Part shown: positions 1 through 8,423 of the stretch, in pieces
How positions within the stretch are numbered: position 1 is the first letter of the stretch
Layout: the number at the start of each line of letters is the position of its first letter
From: Candidatus Micrarchaeota archaeon
GTDB lineage: Archaea > Micrarchaeota > Micrarchaeia > Anstonellales > Bilamarchaeaceae
Assembly: GCA_043821365.1 (NCBI GenBank)
Contig: JBDRCX010000006.1
Coordinates: 256,001-320,000 of the forward strand
DNA length: 64,000 nt
Direction of reading: 5' to 3'
Translations under genes and position numbers: made by a program
The notes under the pieces: generated by a model
What the model saw: only the letters and a program-made list of their open reading frames with translations
Told to the model about the DNA's origin: nothing
The model's database searches: none

Positions 1-168
1 ATGTGAAAAATAGAATCCTCTTTTCAAAAACAAATGAAGTTGATTAGAATGTTTTTTCATCCGTTCTTTTAGTTTTTCATCTATTTTTGCCGTGCCAAAT
101 TGTTTGATTAATTTATCATAATCAACTGCACCATCTACTTCCCATGGTGTAACTGTGAATTTTTCCAT
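1..168 (-). CDS. trpS: Tryptophanyl-tRNA synthetase, archaeal type, N-terminal part (runs off the window edge)
   Basis: Not in the ORF track. Hand translation from ATG at 168 gives MEKFTVTPWEVDGAVDYDKLIKQFG...LHLFLKRGFYFSH, matching the TPW..V...DY.KLI..FG and RG.FFSH motifs of archaeal/eukaryotic TrpRS. Confidence 0.9.
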   Translation of the reverse strand, partial: MEKFTVTPWEVDGAVDYDKLIKQFGTAKIDEKLKERMKKHSNQLHLFLKRGFYFSH

Positions 169-199
169 GAAAGGTTAAGGCTGAAAAGAGATAAAATAG

Positions 200-523
200 T
201 TAGCTAATGACAAGACCGACAACTAGGGTGATTCCATTACAAATAAAACTAATCAAAAATGCCTCTTTCAAAGATAGGTTTTCAAATACAAGTCTATAGA
301 AAATTCCTTCTATAACTATTGCGAATGTTTCTGCAATAACAAGTGTCTCAAACCATCCAAAACCAATAATTGGAAAAACAAACCACACGAATGGAAGGGT
401 TATACTACTAGCCAATATCCCATTTCTAAGTATGCTACCTAATCCATACTGTTTTCTTACTAAAAAATAAAGTGTAATAGACTCGATAATTATTGTGAAC
501 ACATATGCTAAGACAAAGTCCAT
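200..523 (-). CDS. Small multi-pass membrane protein, hypothetical
   Basis: 107 aa with 3-4 hydrophobic segments, directly downstream of 524..1006. Confidence 0.6.
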   Translation of the reverse strand: MDFVLAYVFTIIIESITLYFLVRKQYGLGSILRNGILASSITLPFVWFVFPIIGFGWFETLVIAETFAIVIEGIFYRLVFENLSLKEAFLISFICNGITLVVGLVIS

Positions 524-1006
524 TTACTTTCTCACTAGTACCATACCAACAATCCCAAGTAAAATAAATGCAGTTGTACACCAGCCTGATGTTGAATAGG
601 AACCAGTCTTTTTTCCTGTTTCTACATTGAAGGTAAGTTCGTAATTATCATAACTACTATCGGTTTCAAAATTTTCAGTTCTTTTTTGGGCTCCGTTTAA
701 CTCATATGAGAAATATCCTTGTGGGAAATCAAAACACGGATTAAATTTGTAGTACCATTCGTCATCATTTGTGCAAAGCCCATCAACACAACTAAAGTTC
801 ACAGGGTAAATAGCCATTGTGCTGCTATCAGCATTTTCAACCCCCATACAATGATAAGTTATCCACATTATGGATGTTTCTGGTGTTCCATCTGTCTTTA
901 CTAAGTATACTTTAACAGCCGGAGGCGAAGGGGCAGGACCTATGTCTGCATGAACCAGGCTCATGAAAAATCCACAAACAAGGAACCAAACAAGGATGTT
1001 TTTCAT
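524..1006 (-). CDS. Secreted, membrane-anchored hypothetical protein
   Basis: N-terminal signal peptide (LVHA/D), several Cys, C-terminal Cys plus TM helix plus basic tail (GWCTTAFILLGIVGMVLVRK). Confidence 0.6.
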   Translation of the reverse strand: MKNILVWFLVCGFFMSLVHADIGPAPSPPAVKVYLVKTDGTPETSIMWITYHCMGVENADSSTMAIYPVNFSCVDGLCTNDDEWYYKFNPCFDFPQGYFSYELNGAQKRTENFETDSSYDNYELTFNVETGKKTGSYSTSGWCTTAFILLGIVGMVLVRK

Positions 1007-1088
1007 ATTAAGGATATTGTACCAAGTTTCTTAATTCTTTTAATCCACAAGCCAACTCTTTTAAACACTCCCAACCTTAATTTTGTTG

Positions 1089-1706
1089 ATGAGGTCTTTA
1101 GTTTTTGTCACTGCACTTGCAGTTGCTGTTCATTCAGCCTATGCATTGCCCCCAAAAACTCCAGCTCGTGTTCTTCATGACAAACCACTAATTGAAAGAT
1201 CTTCTTCAAGTTTTTTATCAAAACAAACATGGGCTGGGGGTACTTGCGCAGTTGAAGTAAGGCAGTTTGGCACTGGTCCAAAACATTTTCTTACCTATGA
1301 TTATTCACCTGATCATCATAAAACAGAAACAGTACTTCCTCGTTTGGGCGTGGAAGAATCATTTTTGAGTAAAGAATGCCACGCAGATGCATCTGTTATA
1401 ATTACCAATCAAAATATTTTTGTTTTTCCTGGGGCAAAAAGTTTATTGCTTGATCCAATTGAAGATAGGTCATTTGTTACTTATGCTGGAGATATTAGAA
1501 CACACTTAAATTACAAACCATTAGAATTTGTGGTTTTATTTGGCGATGGCAGAATTTTCTTAGCTAAAATAGTACCAAAAACTAAAGATATTTCTTGGAA
1601 AGAAGTTGCTCATGTAGATCCGAAAGATTTTGGGACTATATCTATAGATGGCACTAATCTTATTGTGAATCTAAAAAATGGAAAAAAAGAAAGATTTGAT
1701 TTATGA
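1089..1706 (+). CDS. Secreted hypothetical protein
   Basis: Signal-peptide-like N-terminus (MRSLVFVTALAVAVHSAYA); ATG at 1089 preferred over TTG at 1083. Confidence 0.55.
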   Translation: MRSLVFVTALAVAVHSAYALPPKTPARVLHDKPLIERSSSSFLSKQTWAGGTCAVEVRQFGTGPKHFLTYDYSPDHHKTETVLPRLGVEESFLSKECHADASVIITNQNIFVFPGAKSLLLDPIEDRSFVTYAGDIRTHLNYKPLEFVVLFGDGRIFLAKIVPKTKDISWKEVAHVDPKDFGTISIDGTNLIVNLKNGKKERFDL

Positions 1707-2642
1707 TCTATCGTATGGTTTGAGTTGGCGTGCCATATGTACTGTATAACTCACTTTGCTATCATCTTGCACCGATTTAAAATCTCTTGTGATATCCCCA
1801 CCATCTTGTGCATATCTCTGTGTTTCATGGCCTCCATCAACTATCCACATATCACGTACTAGGGCATACCCATCTTTTCCTGGTTTACCAACTTCACCAT
1901 AGTTCGTAATTGCAGCTAGTACTAAACCGCGTACTTCGTCCCTAACTGTTTGAGATGATCTTGTTCCAAAAAGATCTGAATCTAGAGGATATAAACGGTT
2001 GTCAGTGCTGATGGCTAATTCTAATACTTTACCATCTGGCATTGGCAATCTTAATTCATACCGTTCTGGCCCATCTGCATGTATAACCCGTTTAATTGTA
2101 GCGTTTTGCCATATATCTTCTCTACCAACAACTCGTTGTAGTCGTGCCATAGCAGCTTCTTCTGTTAATCTTTCTGGTCCTCTTGTTACTGGTGGCCGTT
2201 CTGTTTCTCTTCTGGTTTGCCGTTCTGGTTCTTCAACTCTTCTTGATGGAACTACTCGAGCTACTCGTGTTTCCCCCCGCGTTCCATCCAAGTCCTGTTT
2301 TCTTTCCAACATACCAAGTGCTTGTTCATGCAATCCTGCCAATGCTGCTATGGTTTTTGTTCCAGCCATTCCATCTTCTCTTGATACATTTAGCATCATT
2401 TCTCTTGTTGCGCGTTTCCCCAATTCCTTAACTCCTTCTGCATATCCCCTCTGAAATTTACATAATGCGTCAAACGTTGCCCGGTCAAATCTCCCCGGAG
2501 TCCAGCCTGGGTTTAAAACCCCATGCCTGGTCAGTTCTAGTTGTAATGCGTCAATATCTAATTTCCCAGCCTTTACCTGCCTATCTGTCCATCTTAATGC
2601 AGCATTATAATCCGGTCCAGCTTGTTTTTGTTTTTGTACCAT
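1701..2642 (-). CDS. Hypothetical protein with N-terminal peptidoglycan-binding-like (PGBD) domain
   Basis: LQLELTRHG...GRFDRATFDALCKFQ...EDGMAGTKTIAAL resembles the PG_binding_1 pattern LQ..L...G...G.F...T..AL..FQ...DG..G..T..AL. Confidence 0.55.
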   Translation of the reverse strand: MVQKQKQAGPDYNAALRWTDRQVKAGKLDIDALQLELTRHGVLNPGWTPGRFDRATFDALCKFQRGYAEGVKELGKRATREMMLNVSREDGMAGTKTIAALAGLHEQALGMLERKQDLDGTRGETRVARVVPSRRVEEPERQTRRETERPPVTRGPERLTEEAAMARLQRVVGREDIWQNATIKRVIHADGPERYELRLPMPDGKVLELAISTDNRLYPLDSDLFGTRSSQTVRDEVRGLVLAAITNYGEVGKPGKDGYALVRDMWIVDGGHETQRYAQDGGDITRDFKSVQDDSKVSYTVHMARQLKPYDRS

Positions 2643-2761
2643 GTTTCCACCTTATATATGGTTGTTCAATTTACTTTTAATCCCTTTGGAAATTCCAATC
2701 TCAAGAAAATCGACAGATGCCGATATAAATGTTTTGTGTCTAAAATTATTAACTGGTAAAA

Positions 2762-3643
2762 ATGAATGGTGTGGAGGTAGTACCTGATTTCAAATATGCA
2801 GAGAACAGTATCAGAAATGGCTCTAAAACATTCTATTTTGCTTCTAGTTTTATGAGCAGAAGAAGACGAAATTCTGTTTATGCTATTTATTCATTTTGTC
2901 GTCATACTGACAATCTTGTTGATGATAATGAAGGCAATCCAAAGCTTCAACTGCTTTTGATAACTAATTGGAAAAAACGGCTTTTGGCAGACTACAAAAA
3001 AGGCCAGTCCAAAGACCCAATACTAAACCCGTTCATTTATGTCATGAAAAAAAACAAGATTCCTTTGCGTTATGCTCTTGAACTTATAAACGGAGTTAGT
3101 ATGGACATCTCAAAAAAAGAATACAACACATTCCGTGAATTACGCAAATACTGTTTCAGAGTTGCATCAGTAGTCGGTCTTATGCTCACCTATGTTCTTG
3201 GAATTGATAATATCAAAAAATTCAAAAAATATGCAACAAAACTTGGCATTGCAATGCAATTAACTAATATTTTACGTGATGTTGGTGAGGATGCAAGGAT
3301 GGGCCGGGTTTATTTCCCTAAAAACGAACTCGCAAAATTTGGCCTTACTATCCAAGACATTCTTTCTTTGAAAAAAACATCAAATGTAATAAAATTTCTT
3401 AAATTCCAAGTTGCAAGAGCACGAAGATATTATGAAGAAGCAATTTCTGGTCTTTCTTTAATCCAAAAAGAGGGAAGGGTTGTTGTTGCACTTGCACTGT
3501 CTCTTTATCGTGAAATCCTCGGGGTTATAGAAGAAAACGAATATGAAGTTTTCAAGAAACGTGCATACGTACATCTATTAAGAAAGATCTTAATCTACTT
3601 CAAGGTTGTTTTGTTTGGATATGCCCAACCAAATCTAGCCTGA
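2762..3643 (+). CDS. crtB: Phytoene/squalene synthase family protein
   Basis: SKTFYFAS, CRHTDNLVDD and LGIAMQLTNILRDVGED motifs. Confidence 0.85.
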   Translation: MNGVEVVPDFKYAENSIRNGSKTFYFASSFMSRRRRNSVYAIYSFCRHTDNLVDDNEGNPKLQLLLITNWKKRLLADYKKGQSKDPILNPFIYVMKKNKIPLRYALELINGVSMDISKKEYNTFRELRKYCFRVASVVGLMLTYVLGIDNIKKFKKYATKLGIAMQLTNILRDVGEDARMGRVYFPKNELAKFGLTIQDILSLKKTSNVIKFLKFQVARARRYYEEAISGLSLIQKEGRVVVALALSLYREILGVIEENEYEVFKKRAYVHLLRKILIYFKVVLFGYAQPNLA

Positions 3644-3711
3644 TCCTCTTTCTCTTGTGTTGCCAAGGTTTAAATTTGAATTCGGATAGTTTATTCTTGT
3701 TGGTGTTGATT

Positions 3712-4944
3712 TTGGAATTAGAAAAATATATTTCAGATTTGATTGAGAATGCACGTTCTGCAAGCTATGGCATTGCTAATCTATCATCAGATGAGAAAAA
3801 CAAAATTCTATTGATAATGGCAAGCCAGCTTGAAAGGAATTCCTCTGAGATAATCGAGGCTAATTTAGAAGACAGAAGCCACATCTCAAATTTGACAAAA
3901 GCCATTGAGGATCGTTTAATGCTGGATGAAAAACGCATAGGGGAGATGGTGGAAACTATCAATAAAGTAGCATCACTTCCAGATCCACTTGAGAAAGAAG
4001 AAGACTGGTCTGTTACTCTCGGTCTAAAAATTCGTAAGGTGTCTGTTCCGCTTGGAGTTATTGGAGTTATCTATGAGAACCGTCCAAATGTAACTATAGA
4101 CATCGCATCTCTTTGTATAAAAAGTGGGAATGTATGTATTCTGCGTGGAAGTTCAACTGCATTAAACACTAACAGGGCATTGTTAAAAGCAATCGAACCT
4201 GCCATTCCAGAGTATGCAGTTTCGCTTATTGATAGCGAAGATAGAAAAGCGATTGATATTATGTTAAAAGCAAGAGGAAAACTCGATCTGCTTGTTCCAA
4301 GAGGAGGCACAGAACTAATTAATTATGTTGCTGAAAATTCCAGAGTACCAGTCATAGAAACAGGCATTGGAAATTGCCATATTTTTGTTGATGAAACTGC
4401 TGATCTTGATATGGCAGAGAAAATCATTATTAATGCAAAATGCCAGAGGCCAAGTGTCTGTAATGCAGCAGAAAAACTTCTTGTGCATGAAAAAATAGCA
4501 ACCAAACTAATACCAAAAATAGTTAAGACACTTAAAGAGAAAAAAGTCGAATTACGTGGTTGTGAAAAAACCACAAAACTAATCCCTGATCTTGTTTTGG
4601 CTACCGAAGAAGATTGGCCAAAAGAATATCTTGATTTGATAATCGCAATAAAGATTGTTGCTAATATAGACGAAGCAATTGCGCATATAAACAAATATAA
4701 TAGCAAGCATACGGATGCAATAATTACAAAAAACAAAATAAATATGGAGAAATTCTCCAGGTTTGTTGATTCTGCAGTTATAATCGTCAATGCATCAACA
4801 AGATTCACCGATGGTGGTGAATTTGGATTCGGTACTGAAGTGGGTATAAGTACACAAAAACTACATGCAAGAGGTCCAATGGGTGCAAAAGAACTAACTT
4901 GTACTAAATATATCGTTGAAGGCAGCGGTCAGATAAGAGGATGA
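3712..4944 (+). CDS. proA: Gamma-glutamyl phosphate reductase
   Basis: VPLGVIGVIYENRPNVT, GIGNCHIFVD, catalytic PSVCNAAE, NASTRFTDGGEFGFGTEVGISTQKLHARGPMG. TTG start at 3712 inferred from an upstream GGTG. Confidence 0.95.
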   Translation: MELEKYISDLIENARSASYGIANLSSDEKNKILLIMASQLERNSSEIIEANLEDRSHISNLTKAIEDRLMLDEKRIGEMVETINKVASLPDPLEKEEDWSVTLGLKIRKVSVPLGVIGVIYENRPNVTIDIASLCIKSGNVCILRGSSTALNTNRALLKAIEPAIPEYAVSLIDSEDRKAIDIMLKARGKLDLLVPRGGTELINYVAENSRVPVIETGIGNCHIFVDETADLDMAEKIIINAKCQRPSVCNAAEKLLVHEKIATKLIPKIVKTLKEKKVELRGCEKTTKLIPDLVLATEEDWPKEYLDLIIAIKIVANIDEAIAHINKYNSKHTDAIITKNKINMEKFSRFVDSAVIIVNASTRFTDGGEFGFGTEVGISTQKLHARGPMGAKELTCTKYIVEGSGQIRG

Positions 4945-4948
4945 CCCT

Positions 4949-5707
4949 ATGAGAATTGCTATTGTGGGTGTTGGAAGGCTCGGTGCAATTATTGCAAGAG
5001 CACTATCAGAACATCATGAAGTAATTTTAGTTGACCGCCATCCTGAGAAACTCGTTACTCTTGCAACTGATGTTGGTGCAAAAGCAACTGATGATATGAA
5101 TGTTGCTAAATTTGTTGATATTGTTGTTATCTCAGTGAAACCAACTCAGATGGAAGAAGTAATCAAAAAACTTCCAGAAACAAATCTTCTTGTTTCTTGC
5201 GCTGCAGGAATCCCACTTAGGAAACTTGAAAGTTGGGGTGCCAAAAATGTCATTAGAATTATGCCAAACATCTGTGCAGAAGTAGATCAAGCAGTTATTG
5301 CATATGCTATGCATACTGAAACAGAACGAAAGCAGAAAGTCTTTCTAACTGCTTTTACTGCACTTGGTATGTGCATTAAAGTTGATGAACATCAACTCGA
5401 TCCAATTACTGCAGTTTCTGGTTCTGGCCCTGCGTTTGTTGCATACTTTGCACAGGCAATGATTGAAGAAGCAATTCTTCAAGGACTTTCTGAAGAAGAT
5501 GCAGAGTTAGTAATTGCCCAAACACTTGTCGGAACTGGTACATTGATGAAAAGTGGTTGGAGTGCACAAAAAATAATCGAAACTGTCGCAAGTCCAGGTG
5601 GAACAACAGAAGAAGGACTAAAAATGCTTGAAGAAAAAGGTACGAGCAAGGCAATTCACAATGCAGTTAAATTTGCAACCGCAAAAGCAAAAGAACTAGG
5701 TAAATAA
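4949..5707 (+). CDS. proC: Pyrroline-5-carboxylate reductase
   Basis: GxGxxG, SVKP, IRIMPN, TAVSGSGPAFV and VASPGGTT motifs. Confidence 0.95.
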   Translation: MRIAIVGVGRLGAIIARALSEHHEVILVDRHPEKLVTLATDVGAKATDDMNVAKFVDIVVISVKPTQMEEVIKKLPETNLLVSCAAGIPLRKLESWGAKNVIRIMPNICAEVDQAVIAYAMHTETERKQKVFLTAFTALGMCIKVDEHQLDPITAVSGSGPAFVAYFAQAMIEEAILQGLSEEDAELVIAQTLVGTGTLMKSGWSAQKIIETVASPGGTTEEGLKMLEEKGTSKAIHNAVKFATAKAKELGK

Positions 5708-5727
5708 AAAGGACCAAGGTCCTTTTT
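5706..5727. terminator. Perfect inverted repeat between convergent proC and pelota; possible bidirectional terminator
   Basis: AAAAAGGACC-AA-GGTCCTTTTT, giving a T-run after the stem on both strands. Confidence 0.45.
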
Positions 5728-5743
5728 GAATCCCCTTAATAAT

Positions 5744-6778
5744 TTATTCTGTGATCAGTTTGAACTTCAGTAAAGCAGCAATTTTTCCCATTCCTTTTAG
5801 TTTTACTCCTGCATCTCCTTCAGATGAAAAAACAACTATCTCAGCTTTATTTTTATCTGAAAGATCAACTATTCTTTCAGCTTCTTTATCTGTTCGTAAA
5901 TATTCATCAAGAACAAGCAATTTTTTGATTGCAAATGCTTCCGCAGCTTTTTCTACTTCTTTTATTCCATATGCTGCTCTGCCACTATCTTTATGAACTT
6001 CAATCATAAGTTCTTCAATTAATTTCATCTCATTTTCAAATCTTTCCTCCCCCATTATTTTTTCAATAACTCCACGATTAAAAAGTTCATTCACTCCACT
6101 TCTTTCTGCATAACTAACACTTTCAAAAATTATTTTTTTCAAAAGTTCTGGTTTTCTTTTTTCAATGAATTTTTTTAAATTTTCTTTTGTAAAACCCGGA
6201 CCAGCAACAACAAATTTTTCTGAATGCCTTTCTATCTCAGCCATTATCTTTCCGAAATATTCATTCTGGGTTTTATCGTAGTTTTCGTCTCGTTTGCTTC
6301 CAGAACTATAAAACTCAGCACCATATTCTACTCCAAATGACCGAAGTATAGCATTCAGTGCCTTTTCTTCATCAAGAACAATGATCCTTATTTTTGGTTT
6401 TTTTGATTCTTTTACTGCATCCTGCAGTCTCTTTACTTCGTGGTTTTTCCATTTTTTCGTAACTTTTATGGTGTCTCCCTGACCAACGTCTATGGTGTGG
6501 TATTTTCCCAGTTGGATATATTCCTCTGGTTCTCCCCAAGTTATGGTCCCGAGGATCCTGAGTCTATTCGATGTTTTAGCGAATTCTACTCTTTCAACTT
6601 TCAATTTGACTTTTATGTGTTTTTTTTCCTCTTTTGTACCAACCTTATATGTCCTAAGTGAATGGGATTCTACTTCATCATTTGGTGCAATCACTTTGTC
6701 AAGATGCCAAAGATCATCCAAAGTGTCTGCTTGAATCTTCATAGCTCCAAATTTTTTATCAAAATGAACTATTTTCAT
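5744..6778 (-). CDS. pelA: mRNA surveillance protein Pelota/Dom34
   Basis: DDLWHL, RLRILG.I, YHT, AGPGFTK, AAYG..EV..A motifs; eRF1-like three-domain layout. Confidence 0.95.
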   Translation of the reverse strand: MKIVHFDKKFGAMKIQADTLDDLWHLDKVIAPNDEVESHSLRTYKVGTKEEKKHIKVKLKVERVEFAKTSNRLRILGTITWGEPEEYIQLGKYHTIDVGQGDTIKVTKKWKNHEVKRLQDAVKESKKPKIRIIVLDEEKALNAILRSFGVEYGAEFYSSGSKRDENYDKTQNEYFGKIMAEIERHSEKFVVAGPGFTKENLKKFIEKRKPELLKKIIFESVSYAERSGVNELFNRGVIEKIMGEERFENEMKLIEELMIEVHKDSGRAAYGIKEVEKAAEAFAIKKLLVLDEYLRTDKEAERIVDLSDKNKAEIVVFSSEGDAGVKLKGMGKIAALLKFKLITE

Positions 6779-7210
6779 TTATTCCACCAATTTTTCAACT
6801 AACACAACGAATTTATCAGCAAATTCTAGTATCTGGGCCGATCCCTTCTCATCAGCCATATAATCTGTTTCATACTGTAATTCGTGTCTTGTTTCTCTAT
6901 AGTGGTCTAACAAATATATAGTGTCTAGAGGTATTATGTTCTTGTACTTTTCCTCAAGATATCTTGTAATGCATGCATGACTTCTTTCTCTGTAACCATC
7001 TCTAAACAATATCGAACGAGAAGCATTAAGAACTACGAGGTAAGCCATTAATACTGCAGAATTAAATCGTTTGTCATTATGGCCTGCCTTTGCTTCTTCA
7101 AGAAATTTTTTTGCTTTTTCAATACTTGCAAGAGCCTGATTTTTTGATGGGTGTGTTTTCCTTATCATTCCCTTCTTAATACATTCTTCTAAATCAATCA
7201 AGCCACTCAC
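6779..7210 (-). CDS. HEPN domain protein (putative toxin)
   Basis: 143 aa helical protein with AY....ASR..L..GY....H and R....Y pattern; overlaps the upstream nucleotidyltransferase gene. Confidence 0.8.
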   Translation of the reverse strand: MSGLIDLEECIKKGMIRKTHPSKNQALASIEKAKKFLEEAKAGHNDKRFNSAVLMAYLVVLNASRSILFRDGYRERSHACITRYLEEKYKNIIPLDTIYLLDHYRETRHELQYETDYMADEKGSAQILEFADKFVVLVEKLVE

Positions 7211-7730
7211 CCCCCAAATGATAAGAATTGACTAAGGCAAAATATAATTGTTTATTGTTTTTTTCAAGCTCTCGTAGTTTTTTATCTGTTATGAACATGA
7301 AACTTGGTTCCGTTCCAATCCATCTTCTTATTTTTGCTCTCATTCTTGCGATATGGATTTCATTTGGTTCTGAATTTACCTTTACCCAAAAATCAACATC
7401 ACTGTTTTCATTGTTTGTTCCTTTTACCCAACTTCCATATACCCCAATTCCCAAAGCATCCAATCCATGTGTTATCCTATTGATGTATGGTAATAACTCT
7501 TCTATATTAAGTAAAAATTTCCATGCTCTGGTATATGGGTTATCTCCATCAACTGAATTCCCCCTAACTATCCCACTCTTTTTTAATTTTCTAATAAAAA
7601 TGGAAACAGATGCCACATTTATTTTTAATTTTTTTGCCACTTTCCGTATTATGATTACCTGATTCTCATTTTTGAGTATATATCTGAGTATTATCTTATT
7701 CCTTTTATTCATCGCTTTTAATGTTTGCAT
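7194..7730 (-). CDS. wHTH plus minimal nucleotidyltransferase (MNT antitoxin)
   Basis: N-terminal HTH, then the GVYGSWVKG.....SDVDFWV nucleotidyltransferase motif. Confidence 0.85.
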   Translation of the reverse strand: MQTLKAMNKRNKIILRYILKNENQVIIIRKVAKKLKINVASVSIFIRKLKKSGIVRGNSVDGDNPYTRAWKFLLNIEELLPYINRITHGLDALGIGVYGSWVKGTNNENSDVDFWVKVNSEPNEIHIARMRAKIRRWIGTEPSFMFITDKKLRELEKNNKQLYFALVNSYHLGGEWLD

Positions 7731-7732
7731 TA

Positions 7733-7772
7733 TCTAAACATATTGTTTAGAATATTTAAACATATTGTTCAG
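7733..7772. promoter_or_regulatory. Tandem palindromic operator candidate flanking the TATA box of the MNT-HEPN operon
   Basis: TCTAAACA-TAT-TGTTTAGA (7733-7751) and TTAAACA-TAT-TGTTCAG (7756-7772). Core AAACATATTGTT repeats at a 22-bp offset; minus-strand TTTAAATA lies at 7760-7753. Confidence 0.6.
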
Positions 7773-7777
7773 GTTTT

Positions 7778-8299
7778 CTAGTTTATATTGCCCCATTTTG
7801 TTATTATTGTCTCTAAACTTTCATTTATATTAAACATATCTGTTATTATTGTTCCGTTAACCAGGACTTGAGGGACGTACATCTGTGTCGCGTTCAATCC
7901 ATATTGGCTTGTGAAATCTTTGTATGCATAACTACCATTTGCTGATGTTATGTCATATCTTAGGAAGACTACACCAGCATATTCTGTTTCCATTCTATCT
8001 ATCTCTGGTGCAATTGCCTTACAAGCAGGGCATGTTGGCATGTAAAAATAATATACAATTAATTTGTCATCTTCTGTTGTTATATTTGTAAAATTAAATT
8101 CAGGTATTTCCGGAATTGTATAGTTTGTTAAGACATCATCTGCGTGTCTTTCAAATCCTAGTCCGCTGGTGTTTACGTATTCGGTCTGTCCTGTCCAGTT
8201 TTGTATGATTGCATTGGTTTCGGTATTCCCTATGGTGTTTTGATCGGTACAACCAAGAAAAACCAGACTAATAACTAGCAATAAGATTATTTTATTCAT
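7778..8299 (-). CDS. Thioredoxin-fold lipoprotein
   Basis: Likely start ATG at 8299 (MNKIILLLVISLVFLGC, lipobox-like); CPAC motif and YVPQ cis-Pro loop. Confidence 0.75.
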   Translation of the reverse strand: MNKIILLLVISLVFLGCTDQNTIGNTETNAIIQNWTGQTEYVNTSGLGFERHADDVLTNYTIPEIPEFNFTNITTEDDKLIVYYFYMPTCPACKAIAPEIDRMETEYAGVVFLRYDITSANGSYAYKDFTSQYGLNATQMYVPQVLVNGTIITDMFNINESLETIITKWGNIN

Positions 8300-8423
8300 A
8301 TTAAAATAACACAATAAGGGATTATATTGTTTTTCACTTTTTTCGTTGCTTCTGGTGTGTCTCTCTACAGATATTTTTAGATAAAGAATATATACTACTA
8401 GTAGGTTCTCAGTTGGGGGATGT

